64,000 bases of DNA from NCBI GenBank assembly GCA_032718475.1, contig JAUCBJ010009046.1:1-64000 (forward strand), in the 5' to 3' direction. Origin of the DNA: Nemertoderma westbladi. Taxonomy: Eukaryota > Animalia > Xenacoelomorpha. Positions 41,101 to 59,100 of this stretch are shown here, in pieces. The first letter of the stretch is position 1; each line of letters starts with the position of its first letter. The position numbers and the translations under genes were made by a program. Below the pieces are notes generated by a model. That model searched no databases. It saw nothing but the letters and a program-made list of their open reading frames with translations, and was not told the origin of the DNA.

Positions 41101-44100
41101 CAATCACTTACAACATCTAGTACCATCCGTAAGTCATACAATCACTTACAACATCTAGTACCATCCGTATGTCATACAATCACTTACAACATCTAGTACC
41201 ATCCGTAAGTCATACAATCACTTACAACATCTAGTACCATCCGTAAGTCATATACAATCACTTACAACATCTAGTACCATCCGTAAGTCATATACAATCA
41301 CTTACAACATCTAGTACCATCCGTAAGTCATATACAATCACTTACAACATCTAGTACCATCCGTATGTCATACAATCACTTACAACATCTAGTACCATCC
41401 GTAAGTCATATACAATCACTTACAACATCTAGTACCATCCGTATGTCATACAATCACTTACAACATCTAGTACCATCCGTAAGTCATACAATCACTTACA
41501 ACATCTAGTACCATCCGTAAGTCATACAATCACTTACAACATCTAGTACCATCCGTAAGTCATATACAATCACTTACAACATCTAGTACCATCCGTATGT
41601 CATACAATCACTTACAACATCTAGTACCATCCGTATGTCATACAATCACTTACAACATCTAGTACCATCCGTAAGTCATATACAATCACTTACAACATCT
41701 AGTACCATCCGTATGTCATACAATCACTTACAACATCTAGTACCATCCGTATGTCATACAATCACTTACAACATCTAGTACCATCCGTATGTCATACAAT
41801 CACTTACAACATCTAGTACCATCCGTAAGTCATATACAATCACTTACAACATCTAGTACCATCCGTAAGTCATATACAATCACTTACAACATCTAGTACC
41901 ATCCGTATGTCATACAATCACTTACAACATCTAGTACCATCCGTATGTCATACAATCACTTACAACATCTAGTACCATCCGTAAGTCATATACAATCACT
42001 TACAACATCTAGTACCATCCGTAAGTCATACAATCACTTACAACATCTAGTACCATCCGTAAGTCATACAATCACTTACAACATCTAGTACCATCCGTAA
42101 GTCATATACAATCACTTACAACATCTAGTACCATCCGTAAGTCATACAATCACTTACAACATCTAGTACCATCCGTAAGTCATATACAATCACTTACAAC
42201 ATCTAGTACCATCCGTAAGTCATACAATCACTTACAACATCTAGTACCATCCGTAAGTCATACAATCACTTACAACATCTAGTACCATCCGTATGTCATA
42301 CAATCACTTACAACATCTAGTACCATCCGTATGTCATACAATCACTTACAACATCTAGTACCATCCGTATGTCATACAATCACTTACAACATCTAGTACC
42401 ATCCGTATGTCATACAATCACTTACAACATCTAGTACCATCCGTAAGTCATATACAATCACTTACAACATCTAGTACCATCCGTATGTCATACAATCACT
42501 TACAACATCTAGTACCATCCGTATGTCATACAATCACTTACAACATCTAGTACCATCCGTAAGTCATACAATCACTTACAACATCTAGTACCATCCGTAA
42601 GTCATATACAATCACTTACAACATCTAGTACCATCCGTAAGTCATATACAATCACTTACAACATCTAGTACCATCCGTATGTCATACAATCACTTACAAC
42701 ATCTAGTACCATCCGTATGTCATACAATCACTTACAACATCTAGTACCATCCGTATGTCATACAATCACTTACAACATCTAGTACCATCCGTATGTCATA
42801 TACAATCACTTACAACATCTAGTACCATCCGTAAGTCGGTCATACAATCACTTACAACATCTAGTACCATCCGTAAGTCATATACAATCACTTACAACAT
42901 CTAGTACCATCCGTATGTCATACAATCACTTACAACATCTAGTACCATCCGTAAGTCATATACAATCACTTACAACATCTAGTACCATCCGTAAGTCATA
43001 TACAATCACTTACAACATCTAGTACCATCCGTAAGTCATATACAATCACTTACAACATCTAGTACCATCCGTAAGTCATACAATCACTTACAACATCTAG
43101 TACCATCCGTATGTCATACAATCACTTACAACATCTAGTACCATCCGTATGTCATATACAATCACTTACAACATCTAGTACCATCCGTAAGTCATATACA
43201 ATCACTTACAACATCTAGTACCATCCGTATGTCATACAATCACTTACAACATCTAGTACCATCCGTATGTCATATACAATCACTTACAACATCTAGTACC
43301 ATCCGTATGTCATACAATCACTTACAACATCTAGTACCATCCGTATGTCATATACAATCACTTACAACATCTAGTACCATCCGTAAGTCATATACAATCA
43401 CTTACAACATCTAGTACCATCCGTAAGTCATATACAATCACTTACAACATCTAGTACCATCCGTAAGTCATACAATCACTTACAACATCTAGTACCATCC
43501 GTATGTCATACAATCACTTACAACATCTAGTACCATCCGTATGTCATACAATCACTTACAACATCTAGTACCATCCGTAAGTCATATACAATCACTTACA
43601 ACATCTAGTACCATCCGTATGTCATATACAATCACTTACAACATCTAGTACCATCCGTATGTCATACAATCACTTACAACATCTAGTACCATCCGTAAGT
43701 CATACAATCACTTACAACATCTAGTACCATCCGTAAGTCATATACAATCACTTACAACATCTAGTACCATCCGTAAGTCATATACAATCACTTACAACAT
43801 CTAGTACCATCCGTAAGTCATACAATCACTTACAACATCTAGTACCATCCGTAAGTCATACAATCACTTACAACATCTAGTACCATCCGTAAGTCATACA
43901 ATCACTTACAACATCTAGTACCATCCGTAAGTCATACAATCACTTACAACATCTAGTACCATCCGTATGTCATACAATCACTTACAACATCTAGTACCAT
44001 CCGTATGTCATATACAATCACTTACAACATCTAGTACCATCCGTATGTCATACAATCACTTACAACATCTAGTACCATCCGTATGTCATACAATCACTTA

Positions 44101-47100
44101 CAACATCTAGTACCATCCGTAAGTCATATACAATCACTTACAACATCTAGTACCATCCGTATGTCATACAATCACTTACAACATCTAGTACCATCCGTAA
44201 GTCATACAATCACTTACAACATCTAGTACCATCCGTAAGTCATATACAATCACTTACAACATCTAGTACCATCCGTAAGTCATATACAATCACTTACAAC
44301 ATCTAGTACCATCCGTAAGTCATATACAATCACTTACAACATCTAGTACCATCCGTAAGTCATACAATCACTTACAACATCTAGTACCATCCGTAAGTCA
44401 TATACAATCACTTACAACATCTAGTACCATCCGTATGTCATACAATCACTTACAACATCTAGTACCATCCGTAAGTCATATACAATCACTTACAACATCT
44501 AGTACCATCCGTAAGTCATACAATCACTTACAACATCTAGTACCATCCGTAAGTCATATACAATCACTTACAACATCTAGTACCATCCGTATGTCATACA
44601 ATCACTTACAACATCTAGTACCATCCGTATGTCATACAATCACTTACAACATCTAGTACCATCCGTAAGTCATATACAATCACTTACAACATCTAGTACC
44701 ATCCGTATGTCATACAATCACTTACAACATCTAGTACCATCCGTATGTCATACAATCACTTACAACATCTAGTACCATCCGTATGTCATACAATCACTTA
44801 CAACATCTAGTACCATCCGTAAGTCATACAATCACTTACAACATCTAGTACCATCCGTAAGTCATATACAATCACTTACAACATCTAGTACCATCCGTAA
44901 GTCATACAATCACTTACAACATCTAGTACCATCCGTAAGTCATATACAATCACTTACAACATCTAGTACCATCCGTAAGTCATACAATCACTTACAACAT
45001 CTAGTACCATCCGTAGTCATACAATCACTTACAACATCTAGTACCATCCGTATGTCATACAATCACTTACAACATCTAGTACCATCCGTATGTCATACAA
45101 TCACTTACAACATCTAGTACCATCCGTAAGTCATATACAATCACTTACAACATCTAGTACCATCCGTAAGTCATACAATCACTTACAACATCTAGTACCA
45201 TCCGTAAGTCATACAATCACTTACAACATCTAGTACCATCCGTAAGTCATACAATCACTTACAACATCTAGTACCATCCGTAAGTCATATACAATCACTT
45301 ACAACATCTAGTACCATCCGTATGTCATACACAATCACTTACAACATCTAGTACCATCCGTATGTCATACAATCACTTACAACATCTAGTACCATCCGTA
45401 AGTCATACAATCACTTACAACATCTAGTACCATCCGTAAGTCATATACAATCACTTACAACATCTAGTACCATCCGTAAGTCATATACAATCACTTACAA
45501 CATCTAGTACCATCCGTAAGTCATATACAATCACTTACAACATCTAGTACCATCCGTAAGTCATATACAATCACTTACAACATCTAGTACCATCCGTAAG
45601 TCATATACAATCACTTACAACATCTAGTACCATCCGTAAGTCATATACAATCACTTACAACATCTAGTACCATCCGTAAGTCATATACAATCACTTACAA
45701 CATCTAGTACCATCCGTAAGTCATATACAATCACTTACAACATCTAGTACCATCCGTAAGTCATATACAATCACTTACAACATCTAGTACCATCCGTAAG
45801 TCATACAATCACTTACAACATCTAGTACCATCCGTAAGTCATACAATCACTTACAACATCTAGTACCATCCGTAAGTCATATACAATCACTTACAACATC
45901 TAGTACCATCCGTAAGTCACACAATCACTTACAACATCTAGTACCATCCGTAAGTCATACAATCACTTACAACATCTAGTACCATCCGTATGTCATACAA
46001 TCACTTACAACATCTAGTACCATCCGTATGTCATACAATCACTTACAACATCTAGTACCATCCGTAAGTCATATACAATCACTTACAACATCTAGTACCA
46101 TCCGTAAGTCATATACAATCACTTACAACATCTAGTACCATCCGTAAGTCATACAATCACTTACAACATCTAGTACCATCCGTAAGTCATATACAATCAC
46201 TTACAACATCTAGTACCATCCGTATGTCACACAATCACTTACAACATCTAGTACCATCCGTAAGTCATATACAATCACTTACAACATCTAGTACCATCCG
46301 TAAGTCATATACAATCACTTACAACATCTAGTACCATCCGTATGTCACACAATCACTTACAACATCTAGTACCATCCGTAAGTCATATACAATCACTTAC
46401 AACATCTAGTACCATCCGTATGTCACACAATCACTTACAACATCTAGTACCATCCGTATGTCACACAATCACTTACAACATCTAGTACCATCCGTATGTC
46501 ACACAATCACTTACAACATCTAGTACCATCCGTATGTCATACAATCACTTACAACATCTAGTACCATCCGTATGTCACACAATCACTTACAACATCTAGT
46601 ACCATCCGTAAGTCATATACAATCACTTACAACATCTAGTACCATCCGTATGTCACACAATCACTTACAACATCTAGTACCATCCGTATGTCATACAATC
46701 ACTTACAACATCTAGTACCATCCGTAAGTCATACAATCACTTACAACATCTAGTACCATCCGTATGTCATACAATCACTTACAACATCTAGTACCATCCG
46801 TATGTCATACAATCACTTACAACATCTAGTACCATCCGTAAGTCATACAATCACTTACAACATCTAGTACCATCCGTATGTCATACAATCACTTACAACA
46901 TCTAGTACCATCCGTAAGTCATACAATCACTTACAACATCTAGTACCATCCGTAAGTCATATACAATCACTTACAACATCTAGTACCATCCGTAAGTCAC
47001 ACAATCACTTACAACATCTAGTACCATCCGTATGTCATACAATCACTTACAACATCTAGTACCATCCGTAAGTCATACAATCACTTACAACATCTAGTAC

Positions 47101-50100
47101 CATCCGTAAGTCACACAATCACTTACAACATCTAGTACCATCCGTAAGTCATATACAATCACTTACAACATCTAGTACCATCCGTATGTCATACAATCAC
47201 TTACAACATCTAGTACCATCCGTATGTCATACAATCACTTACAACATCTAGTACCATCCGTAAGTCATATACAATCACTTACAACATCTAGTACCATCCG
47301 TAAGTCATATACAATCACTTACAACATCTAGTACCATCCGTAAGTCATATACAATCACTTACAACATCTAGTACCATCCGTAAGTCATATACAATCACTT
47401 ACAACATCTAGTACCATCCGTAAGTCATATACAATCACTTACAACATCTAGTACCATCCGTAAGTCATATACAATCACTTACAACATCTAGTACCATCCG
47501 TAAGTCATATACAATCACTTACAACATCTAGTACCATCCGTAAGTCATATACAATCACTTACAACATCTAGTACCATCCGTAAGTCATATACAATCACTT
47601 ACAACATCTAGTACCATCCGTATGTCATACAATCACTTACAACATCTAGTACCATCCGTAAGTCATATACAATCACTTACAACATCTAGTACCATCCGTA
47701 AGTCATATACAATCACTTACAACATCTAGTACCATCCGTATGTCATACAATCACTTACAACATCTAGTACCATCCGTATGTCATATACAATCACTTACAA
47801 CATCTAGTACCATCCGTATGTCATACAATCACTTACAACATCTAGTACCATCCGTATGTCATACAATCACTTACAACATCTAGTACCATCCGTATGTCAT
47901 ACAATCACTTACAACATCTAGTACCATCCGTATGTCATACAATCACTTACAACATCTAGTACCATCCGTAAGTCATATACAATCACTTACAACATCTAGT
48001 ACCATCCGTATGTCATACAATCACTTACAACATCTAGTACCATCCGTATGTCATACAATCACTTACAACATCTAGTACCATCCGTATGTCATACAATCAC
48101 TTACAACATCTAGTACCATCCGTATGTCATACAATCACTTACAACATCTAGTACCATCCGTATGTCATACAATCACTTACAACATCTAGTACCATCCGTA
48201 AGTCATATACAATCACTTACAACATCTAGTACCATCCGTATGTCATACAATCACTTACAACATCTAGTACCATCCGTATGTCATATACAATCACTTACAA
48301 CATCTAGTACCATCCGTATGTCATACAATCACTTACAACATCTAGTACCATCCGTAAGTCATACAATCACTTACAACATCTAGTACCATCCGTAAGTCAT
48401 ATACAATCACTTACAACATCTAGTACCATCCGTAAGTCATATACAATCACTTACAACATCTAGTACCATCCGTATGTCATACAATCACTTACAACATCTA
48501 GTACCATCCGTAAGTCATATACAATCACTTACAACATCTAGTACCATCCGTAAGTCATATACAATCACTTACAACATCTAGTACCATCCGTAAGTCATAC
48601 AATCACTTACAACATCTAGTACCATCCGTAAGTCATACAATCACTTACAACATCTAGTACCATCCGTAAGTCATACAATCACTTACAACATCTAGTACCA
48701 TCCGTAAGTCATACAATCACTTACAACATCTAGTACCATCCGTATGTCATACAATCACTTACAACATCTAGTACCATCCGTATGTCATACAATCACTTAC
48801 AACATCTAGTACCATCCGTATGTCATATACAATCACTTACAACATCTAGTACCATCCGTATGTCATACAATCACTTACAACATCTAGTACCATCCGTATG
48901 TCATACAATCACTTACAACATCTAGTACCATCCGTATGTCATACAATCACTTACAACATCTAGTACCATCCGTATGTCATACAATCACTTACAACATCTA
49001 GTACCATCCGTAAGTCATATACAATCACTTACAACATCTAGTACCATCCGTATGTCATACAATCACTTACAACATCTAGTACCATCCGTATGTCATACAA
49101 TCACTTACAACATCTAGTACCATCCGTATGTCATACAATCACTTACAACATCTAGTACCATCCGTATGTCATACAATCACTTACAACATCTAGTACCATC
49201 CGTATGTCATATACAATCACTTACAACATCTAGTACCATCCGTATGTCATACAATCACTTACAACATCTAGTACCATCCGTATGTCATACAATCACTTAC
49301 AACATCTAGTACCATCCGTATGTCATACAATCACTTACAACATCTAGTACCATCCGTATGTCATACAATCACTTACAACATCTAGTACCATCCGTAAGTC
49401 ATATACAATCACTTACAACATCTAGTACCATCCGTATGTCATACAATCACTTACAACATCTAGTACCATCCGTATGTCATACAATCACTTACAACATCTA
49501 GTACCATCCGTATGTCATACAATCACTTACAACATCTAGTACCATCCGTATGTCATACAATCACTTACAACATCTAGTACCATCCGTATGTCATATACAA
49601 TCACTTACAACATCTAGTACCATCCGTATGTCATACAATCACTTACAACATCTAGTACCATCCGTATGTCATACAATCACTTACAACATCTAGTACCATC
49701 CGTAAGTCATATACAATCACTTACAACATCTAGTACCATCCGTAAGTCATACAATCACTTACAACATCTAGTACCATCCGTAAGTCATACAATCACTTAC
49801 AACATCTAGTACCATCCGTATGTCATACAATCACTTACAACATCTAGTACCATCCGTAAGTCATACAATCACTTACAACATCTAGTACCATCCGTATGTC
49901 ATACAATCACTTACAACATCTAGTACCATCCGTATGTCATACAATCACTTACAACATCTAGTACCATCCGTATGTCATATACAATCACTTACAACATCTA
50001 GTACCATCCGTATGTCATACAATCACTTACAACATCTAGTACCATCCGTATGTCATACAATCACTTACAACATCTAGTACCATCCGTATGTCATATACAA

Positions 50101-53100
50101 TCACTTACAACATCTAGTACCATCCGTATGTCATACAATCACTTACAACATCTAGTACCATCCGTATGTCATACAATCACTTACAACATCTAGTACCATC
50201 CGTATGTCATATACAATCACTTACAACATCTAGTACCATCCGTATGTCATACAATCACTTACAACATCTAGTACCATCCGTATGTCATACAATCACTTAC
50301 AACATCTAGTACCATCCGTAAGTCATATACAATCACTTACAACATCTAGTACCATCCGTAAGTCATACAATCACTTACAACATCTAGTACCATCCGTATG
50401 TCATACAATCACTTACAACATCTAGTACCATCCGTAAGTCATACAATCACTTACAACATCTAGTACCATCCGTATGTCATACAATCACTTACAACATCTA
50501 GTACCATCCGTATGTCATACAATCACTTACAACATCTAGTACCATCCGTATGTCATATACAATCACTTACAACATCTAGTACCATCCGTATGTCATACAA
50601 TCACTTACAACATCTAGTACCATCCGTATGTCATACAATCACTTACAACATCTAGTACCATCCGTAAGTCATATACAATCACTTACAACATCTAGTACCA
50701 TCCGTAAGTCATACAATCACTTACAACATCTAGTACCATCCGTAAGTCATATACAATCACTTACAACATCTAGTACCATCCGTAAGTCATACAATCACTT
50801 ACAACATCTAGTACCATCCGTAAGTCATACAATCACTTACAACATCTAGTACCATCCGTAAGTCATATACAATCACTTACAACATCTAGTACCATCCGTA
50901 AGTCATACAATCACTTACAACATCTAGTACCATCCGTATGTCATACAATCACTTACAACATCTAGTACCATCCGTATGTCATACAATCACTTACAACATC
51001 TAGTACCATCCGTATGTCATACAATCACTTACAACATCTAGTACCATCCGTAAGTCATACAATCACTTACAACATCTAGTACCATCCGTAAGTCATACAA
51101 TCACTTACAACATCTAGTACCATCCGTATGTCATACAATCACTTACAACATCTAGTACCATCCGTATGTCATACAATCACTTACAACATCTAGTACCATC
51201 CGTAAGTCATATACAATCACTTACAACATCTAGTACCATCCGTAAGTCATACAATCACTTACAACATCTAGTACCATCCGTAAGTCATACAATCACTTAC
51301 AACATCTAGTACCATCCGTAAGTCATACAATCACTTACAACATCTAGTACCATCCGTAAGTCATATACAATCACTTACAACATCTAGTACCATCCGTATG
51401 TCATACACAATCACTTACAACATCTAGTACCATCCGTATGTCATACAATCACTTACAACATCTAGTACCATCCGTAAGTCATACAATCACTTACAACATC
51501 TAGTACCATCCGTAAGTCATATACAATCACTTACAACATCTAGTACCATCCGTAAGTCATATACAATCACTTACAACATCTAGTACCATCCGTAAGTCAT
51601 ATACAATCACTTACAACATCTAGTACCATCCGTAAGTCATATACAATCACTTACAACATCTAGTACCATCCGTAAGTCATATACAATCACTTACAACATC
51701 TAGTACCATCCGTAAGTCATATACAATCACTTACAACATCTAGTACCATCCGTAAGTCATATACAATCACTTACAACATCTAGTACCATCCGTAAGTCAT
51801 ATACAATCACTTACAACATCTAGTACCATCCGTAAGTCATATACAATCACTTACAACATCTAGTACCATCCGTAAGTCACACAATCACTTACAACATCTA
51901 GTACCATCCGTAAGTCATACAATCACTTACAACATCTAGTACCATCCGTAAGTCATATACAATCACTTACAACATCTAGTACCATCCGTAAGTCATACAA
52001 TCACTTACAACATCTAGTACCATCCGTAAGTCATACAATCACTTACAACATCTAGTACCATCCGTATGTCATACAATCACTTACAACATCTAGTACCATC
52101 CGTATGTCATACAATCACTTACAACATCTAGTACCATCCGTAAGTCATATACAATCACTTACAACATCTAGTACCATCCGTAAGTCATATACAATCACTT
52201 ACAACATCTAGTACCATCCGTAAGTCATACAATCACTTACAACATCTAGTACCATCCGTAAGTCATATACAATCACTTACAACATCTAGTACCATCCGTA
52301 TGTCACACAATCACTTACAACATCTAGTACCATCCGTAAGTCATATACAATCACTTACAACATCTAGTACCATCCGTAAGTCATATACAATCACTTACAA
52401 CATCTAGTACCATCCGTATGTCACACAATCACTTACAACATCTAGTACCATCCGTAAGTCATATACAATCACTTACAACATCTAGTACCATCCGTATGTC
52501 ACACAATCACTTACAACATCTAGTACCATCCGTATGTCACACAATCACTTACAACATCTAGTACCATCCGTATGTCACACAATCACTTACAACATCTAGT
52601 ACCATCCGTATGTCATACAATCACTTACAACATCTAGTACCATCCGTATGTCACACAATCACTTACAACATCTAGTACCATCCGTAAGTCATATACAATC
52701 ACTTACAACATCTAGTACCATCCGTATGTCACACAATCACTTACAACATCTAGTACCATCCGTATGTCATACAATCACTTACAACATCTAGTACCATCCG
52801 TAAGTCATACAATCACTTACAACATCTAGTACCATCCGTATGTCATACAATCACTTACAACATCTAGTACCATCCGTATGTCATACAATCACTTACAACA
52901 TCTAGTACCATCCGTAAGTCATACAATCACTTACAACATCTAGTACCATCCGTATGTCATACAATCACTNNNNNNNNNNNNNNNNNNNNNNNNNNNNNNN
53001 NNNNNNNNNNNNNNNNNNNNNNNNNNNNNNNNNNNNNNNNNNNNNNNNNNNNNNNNNNNNNNNNNNNNNCAATCACTTACAACATCTAGTACCATCCGTA

Positions 53101-56100
53101 TGTCATACAATCACTTACAACATCTAGTACCATCCGTAAGTCATACAATCACTTACAACATCTAGTACCATCCGTAAGTCATACAATCACTTACAACATC
53201 TAGTACCATCCGTATGTCATACAATCACTTACAACATCTAGTACCATCCGTAAGTCATACAATCACTTACAACATCTAGTACCATCCGTATGTCATACAA
53301 TCACTTACAACATCTAGTACCATCCGTATGTCATACAATCACTTACAACATCTAGTACCATCCGTAAGTCATATACAATCACTTACAACATCTAGTACCA
53401 TCCGTAAGTCATATACAATCACTTACAACATCTAGTACCATCCGTAAGTCATATACAATCACTTACAACATCTAGTACCATCCGTAAGTCATACAATCAC
53501 TTACAACATCTAGTACCATCCGTATGTCATACAATCACTTACAACATCTAGTACCATCCGTAAGTCATATACAATCACTTACAACATCTAGTACCATCCG
53601 TAAGTCATACAATCACTTACAACATCTAGTACCATCCGTAAGTCATACAATCACTTACAACATCTAGTACCATCCGTAAGTCATACAATCACTTACAACA
53701 TCTAGTACCATCCGTAAGTCATACAATCACTTACAACATCTAGTACCATCCGTAAGTCATACAATCACTTACAACATCTAGTACCATCCGTAAGTCATAT
53801 ACAATCACTTACAACATCTAGTACCATCCGTAAGTCATATACAATCACTTACAACATCTAGTACCATCCGTATGTCATACAATCACTTACAACATCTAGT
53901 ACCATCCGTAAGTCATATACAATCACTTACAACATCTAGTACCATCCGTATGTCATACAATCACTTACAACATCTAGTACCATCCGTAAGTCATATACAA
54001 TCACTTACAACATCTAGTACCATCCGTAAGTCATATACAATCACTTACAACATCTAGTACCATCCGTAAGTCATACAATCACTTACAACATCTAGTACCA
54101 TCCGTAAGTCATACAATCACTTACAACATCTAGTACCATCCGTAAGTCATACAATCACTTACAACATCTAGTACCATCCGTAAGTCATATCAATCACTTA
54201 CAACATCTAGTACCATCCGTAAGTCATATACAATCACTTACAACATCTAGTACCATCCGTAAGTCATATACAATCACTTACAACATCTAGTACCATCCGT
54301 AAGTCATATACAATCACTTACAACATCTAGTACCATCCGTAAGTCATACAATCACTTACAACATCTAGTACCATCCGTAAGTCATACAATCACTTACAAC
54401 ATCTAGTACCATCCGTAAGTCATACAATCACTTACAACATCTAGTACCATCCGTAAGTCATATACAATCACTTACAACATCTAGTACCATCCGTAAGTCA
54501 TACAATCACTTACAACATCTAGTACCATCCGTAAGTCATACAATCACTTACAACATCTAGTACCATCCGTATGTCATACAATCACTTACAACATCTAGTA
54601 CCATCCGTAAGTCATACAATCACTTACAACATCTAGTACCATCCGTAAGTCATACAATCACTTACAACATCTAGTACCATCCGTAAGTCATACAATCACT
54701 TACAACATCTAGTACCATCCGTAAGTCATACAATCACTTACAACATCTAGTACCATCCGTATGTCATACAATCACTTACAACATCTAGTACCATCCGTAA
54801 GTCATACAATCACTTACAACATCTAGTACCATCCGTAAGTCATATACAATCACTTACAACATCTAGTACCATCCGTAAGTCATATACAATCACTTACAAC
54901 ATCTAGTACCATCCGTAAGTCATATACAATCACTTACAACATCTAGTACCATCCGTAAGTCATACAATCACTTACAACATCTAGTACCATCCGTAAGTCA
55001 TATACAATCACTTACAACATCTAGTACCATCCGTAAGTCATACAATCACTTACAACATCTAGTACCATCCGTAAGTCATATACAATCACTTACAACATCT
55101 AGTACCATCCGTAAGTCATATACAATCACTTACAACATCTAGTACCATCCGTAAGTCATACAATCACTTACAACATCTAGTACCATCCGTAAGTCATACA
55201 ATCACTTACAACATCTAGTACCATCCGTAAGTCATACAATCACTTACAACATCTAGTACCATCCGTAAGTCATATACAATCACTTACAACATCTAGTACC
55301 ATCCGTAAGTCATATACAATCACTTACAACATCTAGTACCATCCGTAAGTCATACAATCACTTACAACATCTAGTACCATCCGTAAGTCATACAATCACT
55401 TACAACATCTAGTACCATCCGTAAGTCATATACAATCACTTACAACATCTAGTACCATCCGTAAGTCATACAATCACTTACAACATCTAGTACCATCCGT
55501 AAGTCATATACAATCACTTACAACATCTAGTACCATCCGTAAGTCATATACAATCACTTACAACATCTAGTACCATCCGTAAGTCATACAATCACTTACA
55601 ACATCTAGTACCATCCGTAAGTCATATACAATCACTTACAACATCTAGTACCATCCGTAAGTCATACAATCACTTACAACATCTAGTACCATCCGTAAGT
55701 CATATACAATCACTTACAACATCTAGTACCATCCGTAAGTCATACAATCACTTACAACATCTAGTACCATCCGTAAGTCATACAATCACTTACAACATCT
55801 AGTACCATCCGTAAGTCATACAATCACTTACAACATCTAGTACCATCCGTAAGTCATACAATCACTTACAACATCTAGTACCATCCGTAAGTCATATACA
55901 ATCACTTACAACATCTAGTACCATCCGTAAGTCATACAATCACTTACAACATCTAGTACCATCCGTAAGTCATATACAATCACTTACAACATCTAGTACC
56001 ATCCGTAAGTCATATACAATCACTTACAACATCTAGTACCATCCGTAAGTCATATACAATCACTTACAACATCTAGTACCATCCGTAAGTCATACAATCA

Positions 56101-59100
56101 CTTACAACATCTAGTACCATCCGTATGTCATACAATCACTTACAACATCTAGTACCATCCGTAAGTCATATACAATCACTTACAACATCTAGTACCATCC
56201 GTAAGTCATACAATCACTTACAACATCTAGTACCATCCGTAAGTCATATACAATCACTTACAACATCTAGTACCATCCGTAAGTCATATACAATCACTTA
56301 CAACATCTAGTACCATCCGTAAGTCATATACAATCACTTACAACATCTAGTACCATCCGTAAGTCATATACAATCACTTACAACATCTAGTACCATCCGT
56401 AAGTCATATACAATCACTTACAACATCTAGTACCATCCGTAAGTCATATACAATCACTTACAACATCTAGTACCATCCGTAAGTCATATACAATCACTTA
56501 CAACATCTAGTACCATCCGTATGTCATACAATCACTTACAACATCTAGTACCATCCGTAAGTCATATACAATCACTTACAACATCTAGTACCATCCGTAA
56601 GTCATATACAATCACTTACAACATCTAGTACCATCCGTATGTCATACAATCACTTACAACATCTAGTACCATCCGTAAGTCATATACAATCACTTACAAC
56701 ATCTAGTACCATCCGTATGTCATACAATCACTTACAACATCTAGTACCATCCGTAAGTCATACAATCACTTACAACATCTAGTACCATCCGTATGTCATA
56801 CAATCACTTACAACATCTAGTACCATCCGTAAGTCATATACAATCACTTACAACATCTAGTACCATCCGTAAGTCATATACAATCACTTACAACATCTAG
56901 TACCATCCGTAAGTCATACAATCACTTACAACATCTAGTACCATCCGTATGTCATACAATCACTTACAACATCTAGTACCATCCGTAAGTCATACAATCA
57001 CTTACAACATCTAGTACCATCCGTAAGTCATACAATCACTTACAACATCTAGTACCATCCGTAAGTCATATACAATCACTTACAACATCTAGTACCATCC
57101 GTAAGTCATATACAATCACTTACAACATCTAGTACCATCCGTAAGTCATATACAATCACTTACAACATCTAGTACCATCCGTAAGTCATACAATCACTTA
57201 CAACATCTAGTACCATCCGTAAGTCATATACAATCACTTACAACATCTAGTACCATCCGTATGTCATACAATCACTTACAACATCTAGTACCATCCGTAA
57301 GTCATATACAATCACTTACAACATCTAGTACCATCCGTAAGTCATATACAATCACTTACAACATCTAGTACCATCCGTATGTCATACAATCACTTACAAC
57401 ATCTAGTACCATCCGTAAGTCATACAATCACTTACAACATCTAGTACCATCCGTAAGTCATACAATCACTTACAACATCTAGTACCATCCGTAAGTCATA
57501 TACAATCACTTACAACATCTAGTACCATCCGTAAGTCATATACAATCACTTACAACATCTAGTACCATCCGTAAGTCATACAATCACTTACAACATCTAG
57601 TACCATCCGTAAGTCATATACAATCACTTACAACATCTAGTACCATCCGTATGTCATACAATCACTTACAACATCTAGTACCATCCGTAAGTCATATACA
57701 ATCACTTACAACATCTAGTACCATCCGTATGTCATACAATCACTTACAACATCTAGTACCATCCGTAAGTCATATACAATCACTTACAACATCTAGTACC
57801 ATCCGTAAGTCATATACAATCACTTACAACATCTAGTACCATCCGTAAGTCATACAATCACTTACAACATCTAGTACCATCCGTAAGTCATACAATCACT
57901 TACAACATCTAGTACCATCCGTATGTCATACAATCACTTACAACATCTAGTACCATCCGTAAGTCATATACAATCACTTACAACATCTAGTACCATCCGT
58001 AAGTCATATACAATCACTTACAACATCTAGTACCATCCGTAAGTCATACAATCACTTACAACATCTAGTACCATCCGTAAGTCATATACAATCACTTACA
58101 ACATCTAGTACCATCCGTAAGTCATACAATCACTTACAACATCTAGTACCATCCGTAAGTCATACAATCACTTACAACATCTAGTACCATCCGTAAGTCA
58201 TATACAATCACTTACAACATCTAGTACCATCCGTAAGTCATACAATCACTTACAACATCTAGTACCATCCGTAAGTCATATACAATCACTTACAACATCT
58301 AGTACCATCCGTAAGTCATATACAATCACTTACAACATCTAGTACCATCCGTAAGTCATACAATCACTTACAACATCTAGTACCATCCGTAAGTCATATA
58401 CAATCACTTACAACATCTAGTACCATCCGTAAGTCATACAATCACTTACAACATCTAGTACCATCCGTAAGTCATATACAATCACTTACAACATCTAGTA
58501 CCATCCGTAAGTCATATACAATCACTTACAACATCTAGTACCATCCGTAAGTCATATACAATCACTTACAACATCTAGTACCATCCGTAAGTCATACAAT
58601 CACTTACAACATCTAGTACCATCCGTATGTCATACAATCACTTACAACATCTAGTACCATCCGTAAGTCATATACAATCACTTACAACATCTAGTACCAT
58701 CCGTAAGTCATACAATCACTTACAACATCTAGTACCATCCGTAAGTCATATACAATCACTTACAACATCTAGTACCATCCGTAAGTCATACAATCACTTA
58801 CAACATCTAGTACCATCCGTAAGTCATATACAATCACTTACAACATCTAGTACCATCCGTAAGTCGTCATACAATCACTTACAACATCTAGTACCATCCG
58901 TATGTCATACAATCACTTACAACATCTAGTACCATCCGTAAGTCATATACAATCACTTACAACATCTAGTACCATCCGTAAGTCATATACAATCACTTAC
59001 AACATCTAGTACCATCCGTAAGTCATACAATCACTTACAACATCTAGTACCATCCGTATGTCATATACAATCACTTACAACATCTAGTACCATCCGTAAG

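Noticed and set aside
35846-58929. Many MSYNHLQHLVPS... ORFs
   Set aside because: Chance stop-free frames created by alternating 38- and 40-bp units (78 nt).
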